A DNA stretch of 64,000 nucleotides from the NCBI GenBank assembly GCA_000002445.1, contig CP000067.1:544001-608000 (forward strand), written 5' to 3'. The notes below the pieces were generated by a model, which saw only the letters and a list, made by a program, of their open reading frames with translations, was not told the DNA's origin and did no database searches. This DNA comes from Trypanosoma brucei. Taxonomy: Eukaryota. Shown here piece by piece: positions 33,200 to 44,342 of the stretch. Each line of letters starts with the position of its first letter. Position 1 is the first letter of the stretch. A program made the translations under genes and the position numbers.

Positions 33200-34480
33200 A
33201 TGAACATATATATGTGCATGTTTCGCTTTATGCTTCAGCTTTCCTTTTCTTCCCACCTTTTTCGGTTTCACCATTCACCACTCGAGTGCTTGGACGGGGC
33301 GCATTCGTAGATGTTGTGCGGCAAAAAAAAAAAAAGAAAAGCAAAACTGGACCGTTGGTTTTCCTTTTTTTTTTTCTTACTGGAAGTAGGGGGAGAGAAG
33401 GGAGCGGGGAAGGGAAGGGTTGGTACTTGGTAAACTTAAAAAAAAAAAACGCCTTCTCTCCGCTCTTTTTCTTTTTTCCCCTCTTTCTCTTTCGGTTGCT
33501 CGTGTGCTACAAATGATGAGATCCATCCCGTGTTGGGTATCACTGGCGCTCTTCGTTCCCTTTCCTTTTTTTTTAAAACCTTCTTCTTTGATACCGTCTC
33601 TTAATTTTCTTCTTATTCCCCTTTCCCTTTCCATTTCCCTCTCTCCCTCTGCTTTTCTGCACTTTGCAACCCACTTTTTTTTGTTTTGGCGTTTGTTACC
33701 GTTATGGGATTGCAGAGGTAAAAGAAAAGGGAAAAATGTGTTTGATGTGAGCGCATGTGCGAGAAGGTGAAGGGAATTGGAACTGATGCGGGTATGCTGT
33801 CGTGAAACCAAATGCATTGAAGGTAACTCTTGCGCCTGCGTCTTTGTTTTTTGTTTTTGTTTTGATTTCTTTCTTTTACTTGTTTTCTTTAGGTTGCTTC
33901 CCTCTCGTTATTACTTTCCCTTTTTTTTTTATATCAGAACGCGTTGTTACGCTTCGTGTGGTAGAAAAGGTACTAAAGAGTGGAAAGGTCAACAAAACCG
34001 AGGTCCAATTGGGGGGAGGGGGAGGAGTGGAGGGAAATGAAAAGAAAAAGGGAATAAGAAGGGATTTGTTGTCACCGCTTGTGAGCGTCCTGTATTTACT
34101 CTCTCTTTTTTTTCTTTTCCTGTTCTCTTTCTCTTTCTCTTTCTCTCGATATTTTCTCTGCGGTTCTATTTCTTTTTCTTTTTTTGTTTCCCCCCCCTTT
34201 CCTCTGCGCGTGCGTTTATTTGCGTACACCTCCGTCTCTCTTTTTTTTTCCATTTCTTTGGATTTTGCGTTTCACTCCCCCTCCCATTTTTTTTTGAAGT
34301 TGTTTCTTTTTTTTCTTTTTTTTTTCTCCTCTCCGATACTTCTTTTCATCGGTTGTATTGGTTTTCACTCCCCTCCATACTCTTTTTTTCTTTTTGTTCT
34401 GTTTTTTGTTTTTGTTTGTGTTTGTGTACCCTTGCGTGGTGGCATGTTAACGGCCAATCAATTATATTTGTGGTGTTTTC
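33200..34480 (+). repeat. About 1.3-kb pyrimidine-rich (CT) low-complexity tract on the + strand
   Basis: Visually almost purine-free over long stretches (tttcttttcctgttctctttctctttctc...). It is followed immediately by a ~0.5-kb purine-rich block at 34540-35060. Confidence 0.8.
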
Positions 34481-35289
34481 TTCATTAATGTGAATTAATT
34501 AAACAACTTCAATTCCTCATGGTGTGATACACGGGGGGGGGGAATCACAGGAGATTATTTGGAGGGATAACAAATGAGACGCCTCGGGGGGGGGGGATTT
34601 GGAGGGGAAAAAATAAATAAATAAATAACACAACAATAACAATAAAAAACAAAAGGAAACCATTTGGTGATGCAAGAAGGATGATGGAACAAATGGATAC
34701 GTGAATGGAAAGAAGGAAGGGTAGAGAATATGATATGTGTTTTCTTTGGCAGGTAAGGGAGGGTGGTGGAGGAAAAAAAAAGTGAAATGTACCGAAGAAA
34801 GAGCCCAAGAAAACAAATAAAAAAAGGAAAAAAAAAAGAAAACAGAAAAAAAAAGAGTCCGAAATGAAGCGAATGATATGGTCATGGGTGGAGGGAGAAG
34901 GGACGGGGAGGCAAAAGGGAATTTTTCATTTGCCGATGAGTAAAGAGGTTGTTACTTCACAGGAATAGAGCGTACCGGTGCGGGAGGGAAGAAGGTGAAA
35001 GAAAGAATAAAGCAAAATAAAAAGAGGAAAAGAAAGGGGCATTTGTTAAGGTACCAAATATGCCTCTCTTCTGCTGACCATAGAAAGAGGAGGCAGTGTT
35101 CTTTTTCATGTTCCTTTTTTACTTGTTTGCCTCACTGTGTGAGTGTATATAGGTGCACCTCATCTCACCATACGGTTTTGGGGGAGGGAAATAGAGTCGC
35201 TACACTTTAATTACTACTACATAAACTCTCGTGACCGCCGTGTGGGGGCCATGTTGTCCTCGCTACCCAGGCATTTGCGGTGATACGTT

Positions 35290-35340
35290 ATTTGACTTTT
35301 CCTCCTTCAATTTTACTTTGTTGTCTTTTAAAGGAAATAT
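35290..35340 (+). promoter_or_regulatory. Polypyrimidine tract + AG upstream of ALG2 (putative trans-splice acceptor)
   Basis: ttatttgacttttcctccttcaattttactttgttgtctttt then aaAG, 15 nt before ATG 35354. Confidence 0.4.
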
Positions 35341-35353
35341 TCAAGAAAGCGTG

Positions 35354-36883
35354 ATGATTTACGAACTTGCGCTACTTATATCCACCTTCCTTGGACTTTC
35401 CATCTTTGTTATTCCCTTTTCCCTGCTGCGAACATGGACACGTAGGCAGGCGAGTAGTCGTTTCGATTCTTCTTCTGCTCGTCAACGGCACCCAACGAAG
35501 TTGGATGAGCAGGTCAACGCGAAACGTCCGTTGAAGGTTGTGTTTCTTCACCCCGATCTTGGCATTGGTGGCGCCGAACGGCTTGTCGTTGACGCTGCTA
35601 TTGCACTTCAGAGGTACCAGAAAGTGACGCCTGTGCAAGTTATTATTGTGACAAACCATCATGATCCCCAGCGTGCTTTTGCTGAGACGGTGGACGGGAC
35701 AGTGACCGTGCAGGTATTCGGTTCGTGGCTTCCCGCCTCCATAAAGGGGCGAGCCAAAGTGTTTGCTGCAACCCTTCGCATGTGCTGGGCGGCGTGGGTT
35801 ACGTGTTGGATGCACCCTGATGCGGACTGTTTCATGGTGGATCAAGTAGCCGCAGTTCTTCCGCTGCTCTCATTTGTGGCACCGCAAATTCCTCGGCTCT
35901 TTTATTGTCATTTTCCCGATCAGTGCTGTGACGGGAACCGCGATGAAAACCAGCAATACAAGAAGAAACCGTCTATCTTTCGCCTGCTTTATCGGAAGCT
36001 ATTTGATGAGGTTGAAGTCTTTGCTATGAACTATGCCAGCAGTATCGTGTCGAATTCCAAATTCAGTAGAGCGGCTACTCTGAAGGTTTTTCCCAAACTA
36101 AGCAACAGGATTGACGCCGAGGCTGACATATTCTACCCTCCTGTGTCATTGGCTGTTAGGGAAGGAGCTAAACCTAACGGTGACACAAAAGTATTTGACA
36201 CCGAGGAACTCGACAAGCTCCGGGACGCTATTCAGGGAAGAAGTGTGGTGCTCAGTATCAACCGCTACGAGCGTAAGAAGAACCTTGTATTGGCTATTGA
36301 AGCATTTGCACGTTTGTTAAACTCGGGGAAAACGACATGCAGTGGTGCTCCGTTGCTCGTTCTGGCTGGTGGGTACGACACACGGTTGGAAGAGAATGTT
36401 GCACATTTGAATGAGCTCCAAAAGGTTGCTGACACATACAAGCTTATGGATAGTCAGATTCTTTTCCTGAAGAATATAACCGAACTCGAAAAGCGCTACC
36501 TTCTTTCCCAATGTTGCTGTCTTCTCTACACACCCACATCGGAGCATTTCGGTATTGTTCCGACTGAGGCAATGATTAGTGCGAAGCCAGTTGTAGCTGT
36601 CAACCGCGGTGGACCATGTGAAAGTGTGGGTGAAGGTGGCACACTTTGTGACCCAACGCCTGAGGCTTTTGCGGAGGCTATACTTTTATATCTGAATGAT
36701 GATGAATTAAGGAGGCGGGTGGGAGAGGCGGGAAGGAAACGGGCGAGCGATGTTTTCACTATTGAAAGGTTTGGGGAGAAGCTGGCCACACGTTTTGTGA
36801 AGCTATGGACTGAAACGAACGCGGCTATGGGCAGAGCGGCGTTTTGGGGGAAATGGCTTGAGGGAGGAAAAAAGGCGGACTGA
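35354..36883 (+). CDS. ALG2: Alpha-1,3/1,6-mannosyltransferase ALG2 (GT4 glycosyltransferase)
   Basis: VVFLHPDLGIGGAERLVVDAAIALQ closely matches the ALG2 N-terminal signature. A GT4 C-terminal catalytic region is also present (EHFGIVPTEAMISAKPVVAVNRGGPCE). The start was chosen at the ATG just after a 45-nt polypyrimidine tract plus AG; an N-terminal TM anchor follows. Confidence 0.82.
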   Translation: MIYELALLISTFLGLSIFVIPFSLLRTWTRRQASSRFDSSSARQRHPTKLDEQVNAKRPLKVVFLHPDLGIGGAERLVVDAAIALQRYQKVTPVQVIIVTNHHDPQRAFAETVDGTVTVQVFGSWLPASIKGRAKVFAATLRMCWAAWVTCWMHPDADCFMVDQVAAVLPLLSFVAPQIPRLFYCHFPDQCCDGNRDENQQYKKKPSIFRLLYRKLFDEVEVFAMNYASSIVSNSKFSRAATLKVFPKLSNRIDAEADIFYPPVSLAVREGAKPNGDTKVFDTEELDKLRDAIQGRSVVLSINRYERKKNLVLAIEAFARLLNSGKTTCSGAPLLVLAGGYDTRLEENVAHLNELQKVADTYKLMDSQILFLKNITELEKRYLLSQCCCLLYTPTSEHFGIVPTEAMISAKPVVAVNRGGPCESVGEGGTLCDPTPEAFAEAILLYLNDDELRRRVGEAGRKRASDVFTIERFGEKLATRFVKLWTETNAAMGRAAFWGKWLEGGKKAD

Positions 36884-36971
36884 CTGAGGGGCTGCGATCG
36901 GTTTGCCCCATCCTGGTCACCTTCGCTTCTGTCGGTAGTGGTACCTGCTACATCAGCGGACTATCGGTCAT

Positions 36972-37303
36972 CTCGTTCCTTTTTCATCCCTATCCTATCT
37001 GAGTTTTTTTTTTTTTGATGGACTGTTATCCCTTCTTGTGCTGTGATATGTTGCGTGTCTCTCCGCGCTTTGTATTTGTATTCACGAGGTGGCACCCGCC
37101 TGCGTAAGTTTAGCCAATGATGGAATGGTGTTCGCGGTCTCAACAGTTGAGCACCTCCCCACACCTCAAATCCACCTCTTTTTTTTTTCCACTCTACCTC
37201 TTCCATCGTGTTGTGATGAACCGTTGTGCATTATGTATTTCATTTACGTGTGCTATGGAGAGGAAGTGTAGGTGCTTGTTGTGCGGTGGTTTTACTTCTT
37301 TAT
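36972..37303. repeat. Copy A of a ~331-bp dispersed intergenic repeat (near-identical to 53001-53331)
   Basis: By direct comparison it differs from copy B only in a poly-T length and one g/c substitution. It begins 89 nt after the ALG2 stop and ends 94 nt before the next ATG. It contains the polypyrimidine tract tcctttttcatccctatcctatctgag(T)n. Confidence 0.9.
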
Positions 37304-37396
37304 TTCCCTTGCGGCACCCGGTAGCGGTGGTTGTCCAGTTTCATTCTTCCTAGTAGGGTCTTATCGTTCAATTTTATCCCTGGATTGGTGCTGATA

Positions 37397-38569
37397 ATGC
37401 AGACCGGCCCATTCGCCGCCGTTACACGCGTTCCCGATCATGTGCGCAACATGATTCTGAACGAAATTGCTTCCGAGAACATATGGCTATTTGATCGTGG
37501 CCGGTGCGAAGCGGTAACGGTGGGCGATATGCGGTCCTCCTCCTTTTCTATCCCGATGGCCGAGTCTCCCCCTGCAGTTGGATGCGAATTGGATAACAAT
37601 GAACATCTTCTTCTCTACGATCTGATGCGCGTGCGTAACGGCCAGGTTATGTTTGAGAACGACCATTTCAGTCGGATACGGCAAAATTGTATATTGACTG
37701 CCCCTACAGCCTGCGATGCCGCTAACGTATCGGAGGATGAGGACCTGGGGAAACTCTCAACTTACATTGAGGGTGTGCGGTCGACGACACGAGATTTCAT
37801 TAAATGTAACCCATGGGAAAATGGAGACGTCAATCTCAAGTTTGTTACATGGGTGCTTCCTTCCCAGTTGAGCGACGTATCAACGGCAGAGAGGCGAAGC
37901 GAGCTTCTTCGAACTCTTTCCTACGCGGTTTACTACGTAACTTCCTTTTTCCCTCCGGAGGATTGGTACGAGGAGGGAACGCGTTATGCCATGCTTTATG
38001 ATGCTCAGCGGCATACACCAAATGCAAAGATCCTGCAAGTCCCCCTGCGTGAGCGAGCAAAGGCGCTTCAACAGACCACTAACGCATTCGAGGTGCTTCT
38101 TGTGTCGGATAACAGGCGGCACTATCTTGTTCCTGAAGGATCACGCTCAAACTATCTTATTGTCTCCGGTGACGAGTCATTGCTCTGTTCATTGGAGGAA
38201 GACATTCTTGTTGGCATTACTCTCCGTGTTGCTCGAAGGGCTGCTGCATGTGCTCGCCTTCCACCCCTGCGACACCGTAAGCTTGTTTTGGGGGACATTT
38301 GCCTGGCGAAGAGCATTGCAATGTTGGGTACAAGCCCCGGTGTATTACCCATCAAAGAGATTCAAGTATTCTACGATGAGGAAAGTAAACAGAATTTCCT
38401 TTTAGCAATGGAAGATTATATGCAAGACAAGGATGAAGAGATCCAGCGTGCTGTCATCAATGTGCGTGGCCGCATATTGAATGATGACGGACTACTCCGA
38501 TTGGAAAGTCCAAGCTGCGATACGCTGAAGCGCCTCAGAGCGGCCTATGAAGCGGAGGCTCTTCTTTAA
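37397..38569 (+). CDS. Hypothetical protein (about 390 aa)
   Basis: Long ORF with coding-like composition. The start was moved to ATG 37397 (MQTGPFAAV) so that the CDS does not begin inside the intergenic repeat. I recognise no domain. Confidence 0.5.
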   Translation: MQTGPFAAVTRVPDHVRNMILNEIASENIWLFDRGRCEAVTVGDMRSSSFSIPMAESPPAVGCELDNNEHLLLYDLMRVRNGQVMFENDHFSRIRQNCILTAPTACDAANVSEDEDLGKLSTYIEGVRSTTRDFIKCNPWENGDVNLKFVTWVLPSQLSDVSTAERRSELLRTLSYAVYYVTSFFPPEDWYEEGTRYAMLYDAQRHTPNAKILQVPLRERAKALQQTTNAFEVLLVSDNRRHYLVPEGSRSNYLIVSGDESLLCSLEEDILVGITLRVARRAAACARLPPLRHRKLVLGDICLAKSIAMLGTSPGVLPIKEIQVFYDEESKQNFLLAMEDYMQDKDEEIQRAVINVRGRILNDDGLLRLESPSCDTLKRLRAAYEAEALL

Positions 38570-39449
38570 TTACTGTAGGAAAAGGGTATAAAGGACTGTG
38601 CTCGTTAATGTGGAAGAGGTAGCATCCCCTCGCTTGCTTTGTTATTATTAATATTAAATTGCGGGCGACAATGCCCTAGTAAGAGATGGCTAGAGGGGGG
38701 GGGGCCGTAAGTGTTTTTTTTTTTTTAATCGCTTGTTCGTTTTACTTTATTTTTTCCCCCTAATTATTTGTTTAGTGTTCGGTTTGACACGTAATAGTAC
38801 AAGTGCCTGAACGTGAATGCGGAGAAGATGACACGACTCCGAAACTTTTGTGGTTTTGCTAAGCATTTCGGAGATCGACGGAGGGGGGAGGGTTAAAGAG
38901 TGTTTTTGTAGTGAGTTGCTTTTATATTTGTTTAGAGATCCATGCGCGTTGAAAACGACGCTTCGTAATTGAAAGATACATTTTCCCCCATTCAGTTTGT
39001 TATCGGCTCCTGTTTACTTTGATTGGGCGTCCCTCCCCATGGTGAGGCGCCTGAGTGGAAAAGAAAATATTTTTTTAAAAAAAAGACGAGTGAAAAAGGA
39101 TGCCGCTACTTGTTTTTATGACTCCGTGCCTATTACCTTACATATGGCTAACGGTTTGACAGGCAAACCTGCGAAAGCTCCACACTTCTCTTCCGCCGCT
39201 CCGTTTTCTCACCACGGCGTGTCGTCGGCTCTTTCCAACGCATTAAACGTCGTCTGTTCGGAGCTTATGATTAGTATTCGCAGAAAGTTCTAGAAGGTAA
39301 AACAATATAGTAGACGAGGGAGGTGCAGCGAGAAGGAAGGAACGTCGACCACCAGTTTGTGTGTGTGTTTTGCATTGTGAACGGGAGCCATCTACCTCAA
39401 TACCTGACATCCCCGTTGGTGCTTCCGCAGCTTTATCCGAACTGGAGCG

Positions 39450-40451
39450 ATGATATTACGGCACTCTCGCCGCCTGTTGGCGATGGAGGGGGAGCGCAAA
39501 TTCACATTTCCAAGCACTCCAGCAACTCTCAGTACTGGCGGCGTGCCCTTCTATGGTAATATTTACGCAGGACGTGTTGACACACAAAATTATGTGCCTC
39601 CACCACAAGAGGGGTCTGGACTTATCAAACCAAACAGTAGCGCGTGGGACGACCCTCAGGTGCGCTCTAAGATTGAGCGGTGCCCGTATTTTGCGCTCTG
39701 CGATCAGGTTGTATGGCACAATATGGATCCAGCTTACTTGGACCCCGGCCTCCTTACAATGGAGGAGCACCAGTTGCTGCTACTATTTAGCCGTGCATAC
39801 TATGAAAAGTGGAAGTTAATCCACAAGCGGCCGCCCAATGCTCTTCCACGCGTGCGCATTAAGTACGGGTCCACCGTTCTTTTAGAAGAAATGTTGGAGC
39901 TCATCGACGTTCCGGTGCCCGTGCGGCGTGCACTGGTAAGGGAGTTTCAGGTCGACGACGCCTCCCTTATCGCTATGGACCCCGACTGCTGGTCAGCCGC
40001 GTACCTCGACCCGTTTAACAGGGATCATTTTTCCGGTCGCGTGCTGGAGTTTGCTGACATGAGTGAGGCTCATCGTGAGAAGTTCTACCTCCTTCTGCGG
40101 CAGATGCGTCGTATTGTTGTGGTGCGACGGGATACACCAGAAGAGGAGCGGTTGGTGCTACCCTTTTCGTCTGGTATAACATTGTATGACCTTTCTAAAT
40201 ATTTAGGTATTGAGCCGTACGGTGGTCAACTGAAGGTTTACGATTATGTGGACCTCCAGAAGACACAACAGGTGATTACACTGAAGGATGAGGACAGTTA
40301 CTTTGACTACCTCGTCACGACTTTCTTTAAGGCAAACCTCCGCAACGCCACCCTTAGCGACGTTGCTGACGACATGGACAACACAGCGCGGTACACCATT
40401 ACCGTGGAGCCCTTCACTGTTGCCGAGAGGCGCATCGGACGATGGTTTTGA
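39450..40451 (+). CDS. Hypothetical protein (333 aa)
   Basis: Uninterrupted ORF with diverse, non-repetitive amino-acid composition on the transcription-unit strand. An alternative start is the ATG at 39483 (MEGERKF). Confidence 0.5.
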   Translation: MILRHSRRLLAMEGERKFTFPSTPATLSTGGVPFYGNIYAGRVDTQNYVPPPQEGSGLIKPNSSAWDDPQVRSKIERCPYFALCDQVVWHNMDPAYLDPGLLTMEEHQLLLLFSRAYYEKWKLIHKRPPNALPRVRIKYGSTVLLEEMLELIDVPVPVRRALVREFQVDDASLIAMDPDCWSAAYLDPFNRDHFSGRVLEFADMSEAHREKFYLLLRQMRRIVVVRRDTPEEERLVLPFSSGITLYDLSKYLGIEPYGGQLKVYDYVDLQKTQQVITLKDEDSYFDYLVTTFFKANLRNATLSDVADDMDNTARYTITVEPFTVAERRIGRWF

Positions 40452-41250
40452 TTTCCTTTTTTTTTCTCGCTACGTAGCGTTCTACATACTGTACTCTGCA
40501 GGTCGCATTTCATCGCCCTGGTCGGCGTCTTCAAGTGTTATTGTCGCTTCTGTGTTATCTGGTTGGGGCACTGTATACCCAGTATTTGGATGTGGCCAAT
40601 TTTGCCTTTCTTCCACTGGGGAGGGGGAGGAATGCTATTTGTTACCAGTTATTGTTGCCGCATCAAACACTGGCTCTGAGTTTTGTAGAACAGGGGACGA
40701 TTTGAGGTCACGAAGCGGTGTGAGGAGTTCGGCAGTTCTGTGTACTTTTCACCGCATCTTATTACACGACCCACCAGCTTTCACTTCTTTTACATGAACG
40801 CTCGCACTCGCTCACAATGATATACGTTAAGGATTCCTGTTTTGGGTTTCTCATTTGCACCGATCCAATTGTCGCTCACCTCCACACACACACACGGTAC
40901 CTTTACGCTAACGTACGATTTCCTATTTTTCTTTTTTTTTTTTTAAAAAATCTTTCTCCGCTTTCTTTTGTATCTTTCGGCGCATTCGTGTGTATCGTGC
41001 CGTAAAGGAAGCGACTACAATCTAGGGGCACAAGAGGAGAAAGTCAGGTAGTCTCTACGATAACGCAAGCGCCATCAGCAACATCCACTACAGTTGTGGG
41101 GAAACACAGAGCCGGTTGACATTTGTAATCATATACGTTTTCTCTCGTTGCCGACGCATCGCAAGATAAGTCACATATTGACAACTTTAGTTCTCATAGA
41201 AGTGACATAGTTACATTAACTAGGAGGAGTGAGTCTTTACGGTTAGTGCC

Positions 41251-41799
41251 ATGTCCTCATCTCGTCCTGCCACTGGGAACCGCTTAGCCGTTCCTATCCG
41301 GACAAATCTTCCCGTTCCCGCACCCCGTAAGCGCCGATTTGAATTAACGGATGAGCAACGACAGGAGATTCGCGAAGCATTCGAGCTGTTCGACTCCGAC
41401 AAGAACGGTCTTATCGATGCGCATGAAATGAAGGTTAGCATGCGGGCACTTGGATTTGATGCAAAGAAAGAGGAGGTCTTGCGCATGATGCAAGACTGCG
41501 CGGCGCGGGATCAGCATAATAACCCACTTATGGACTTAGCGGGATTCACTGATTTGATGACCGAACGCTTTGCTCAACGGGACCCACGGCAGGAGATGAT
41601 CAAAGCGTTTCAACTGTTCGATGAGAACAATACGGGGAAAATATCTCTGCGTTCCCTCCGTAGGGTTGCAAGAGAATTGGGCGAGAACATGACGGATGAA
41701 GAATTGCAAGCCATGATTGACGAGTTCGACACAGATCAAGATGGCGAGATTAATCTTGACGAATTCCTTGCCATCATGCTGGAAGATGATGACTACTGA
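41251..41799 (+). CDS. Centrin (caltractin), EF-hand calcium-binding protein
   Basis: Four EF-hands with canonical loops ([12 protein letters not shown]; [12 protein letters not shown]; [12 protein letters not shown]). Centrin-specific N-terminal extension and a conserved C-terminus (...EFLAIM). Confidence 0.92.
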   Translation: MSSSRPATGNRLAVPIRTNLPVPAPRKRRFELTDEQRQEIREAFELFDSDKNGLIDAHEMKVSMRALGFDAKKEEVLRMMQDCAARDQHNNPLMDLAGFTDLMTERFAQRDPRQEMIKAFQLFDENNTGKISLRSLRRVARELGENMTDEELQAMIDEFDTDQDGEINLDEFLAIMLEDDDY

Positions 41800-43498
41800 G
41801 AGGAAGGGGTGTGATTTCAAGGAGTTGGCGTGCGAATTTATCCCTTCCCCCGATCCGGTGGGCGTAACGGTGGATGAAGTACGCGGAAACGGGGGTGAAT
41901 AGAGCGAGTTCTACTGCTATCATCAAAATTATCACTGCTATTGTTGACATTCATAGAATAAAGGTGAAAATGACGAAATGTGCGTCCACCCGTCGGCGGT
42001 GATATATATATATATATATATTTATTTATTTATTTATTTATACGATACATACTCGATGTTGGTGTGCCTTCTTGCCTGCTAAGGTTATAGACAAGGATCG
42101 TTATATGAGCTGTGTCCGCCTTGTCGATTCCCCCCAAAAAATTCACTCTTCCTTTTTTCGGCTGTCGTAAAATGTCTTTTATTGTTATTACCACTATTAA
42201 AACTATCATATTTCTGTTGGATTGCGATAAAAGAAGTTGGCGGAGGGAAAAAGAAGAAAAGCAAATGAAAGAAATTATTTCCCCCCCCCCCTGTTGGCTT
42301 ACGAACATCCAAACTTTTCCTTGCCGCTACTTTTTGCGGTGGGAGTCCCTGCCAGGTGAAGGCCGGAGAGCAGTGAATTAATCCCTTCATTTTGTTGTTG
42401 TTTGCTCCTGCCTAAACGCGGTTTGCCCCCATATCGCATTCTCAACTACCGCATCTTTACCTCATACACGTTCCTTTCTCTCTTTCCTTCTTTCTTACAG
42501 TGTAGCGCCTTCAATACCACTTTTGCATATGATTTAATAACCCGCGCAAAACGTCTGGCCTCCATTAAATGGCATTAGAACTCGGCTGAATTTTCAGTAC
42601 CTTAGCGCGGAGTGAGAGGGGCCCTTCCTCCTCCTCCTACTCCTACTCCTCCTTTATTTTTATTTTTTTTGGAAGTGTGTGCCTCTTTTATTATCGTGTT
42701 AACTGTGGTCCACTCATTCTCTATTCATTGGCCTACCACCGCAATTAAAATACACGTGTGGATGAAGACGATCCGCATGAAGGAATTACATACAGCTTCT
42801 AAGGGATGACGGGGCACATGTTTCCGTAGGGAGAAGAGGTTTATGGGTGCACATATGCATGTATGTTTGTTTGTATGCGTATGGATTTGCTTTCATATGT
42901 CTGTCCACCCTTATTTCTCAATGTATCTTGTTGCTGCCACCGCCTTTTCCCATATTTCCCTTTCGTATTCTTGACTTGGTGCTGTTGTTGCTCCCACTTT
43001 TAAAAAAAGGGGGAAAATAAAGAACAAAAAAAAAAAAGAAGAAAATACAGATATTGCTACAAACAGCGCGTGCGGTGGTGCGAAGGTAGAAAGTGTTTGT
43101 AGCAATATCCCAAAATAAATTGATTCTCTCCAAAGGTGTGGCAAAGCACAGAGTAACGAGGGGGTTGGGCGAAAATTAAAGCGGGAAAAGAATTCGAAAA
43201 AAAAACAAAAAGAAAGAAATAAAGAGAGGTGAAAGGTGAAAGAGGAAATACAAAAAGTGAAAAGTGAAAGGAAACTGGATCAAAACATTTGTCCCACGAG
43301 AACAAAAACAAAAACAATAGCAACAATAGCAGCAATAATAACAACAACAATAGTTTCCTTTTTCCCCTCTCCTCTCCCCCATCCATACATCCCTAGGGGT
43401 GGAGACGATAAGAAAAGATAAGGTAAGATAAAGAGAAATAAGGGGAGATTTCTTTTTTTTTTTTTAGATAGGAAATACAGGAGAGTAGCGGGATATCG

Positions 43499-44062
43499 AT
43501 GACGCAAAACAAGGTGAGGAAGTCCAGTTCCATCATTTCTACCATACGTGGAGCTCTCTCCTTTACACGGAAGGATGAAGGGAGTCCTGCGGGTTCGCTC
43601 GGCACCCCGCTGATACGCAGCGACCCGGTTCCCATGTGTTTCCGTCGACCCCAATCATCACATGGCTGCCCGGCTGCCAGCAATCCAACTTCTTTTACTC
43701 TTCGCTCTCATGCGATGGATGACAGGAGGGATTTACTGGAAGAGGAGGAGGCGATGTTTGGTGGATTCCGACCAAAGGAGGAGGCCCTTCGAGGGAGTTC
43801 TGGTTTTTGTATTTCATCACTTTCCTTTTCACCACAACTCGTCGCAATGAATGGGGACCTTTCACCCAGTGAGCGATGGGATGATTATGATGGTTATGAT
43901 CAATATAATAATAATAATATTAATGGTGATGATGATGATGATGATGATGATTCGAACTGTAAGTTTCATGTACACAGTGAGGAGCCGCCTGCTGGCACCC
44001 GCAAGCGAGTGGAGGAATGGATAAAGACTCAAATGCCTACCGTCAAACCAGCCGCTTCATGA
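43499..44062 (+). CDS. Hypothetical protein with poly-Asn/poly-Asp tract
   Basis: 187-aa ORF inside an otherwise ORF-free low-complexity spacer. It contains NNNNINGDDDDDDDDS encoded by (AAT)n(GAT)n. Coding status is uncertain. Confidence 0.3.
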   Translation: MTQNKVRKSSSIISTIRGALSFTRKDEGSPAGSLGTPLIRSDPVPMCFRRPQSSHGCPAASNPTSFTLRSHAMDDRRDLLEEEEAMFGGFRPKEEALRGSSGFCISSLSFSPQLVAMNGDLSPSERWDDYDGYDQYNNNNINGDDDDDDDDSNCKFHVHSEEPPAGTRKRVEEWIKTQMPTVKPAAS

Positions 44063-44280
44063 GGCGGGGGGGGGAGGGGGAAAAAAAGAAAAAAAAAGAA
44101 AGAAAGAAGGTTTTACTTTCTCCTATTACCTTGATTTCAATGAACATTGGATTCAACTTTTTCATTTGGTTTTTTTTCTTGGTTTGTGCTTGTGTTTAAA
44201 GTTTTACACCCACTCGTTATTTTCGTTTCGATTTTTTCCCCCATCCATTTCTTTTCGTTTCTACACGCTGCATAGACTGA

Positions 44281-44342
44281 TTTATATATTTATTTATTTA
44301 TTTATTTGAATGCACGAATAAAGTAAATAAATAAATAAATTA
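44281..44342. repeat. Inverted microsatellite (ATTT)5 ... (AAAT)4, a potential hairpin
   Basis: tttatatatttatttatttatttatttgaatgcacgaataaagtaaataaataaataaatt; the two arms are reverse complements with a spacer of about 16 nt. Confidence 0.8.

Noticed and set aside
33802-34488. 228-aa + strand ORF (and 29824-30483, 45709-46083, 46237-46572 ORFs) in spacers
   Set aside because: They are translations of polypyrimidine or microsatellite tracts (FFLFLFSFSFSF..., TVLYCTVLYC...). The amino-acid composition is not coding-like.
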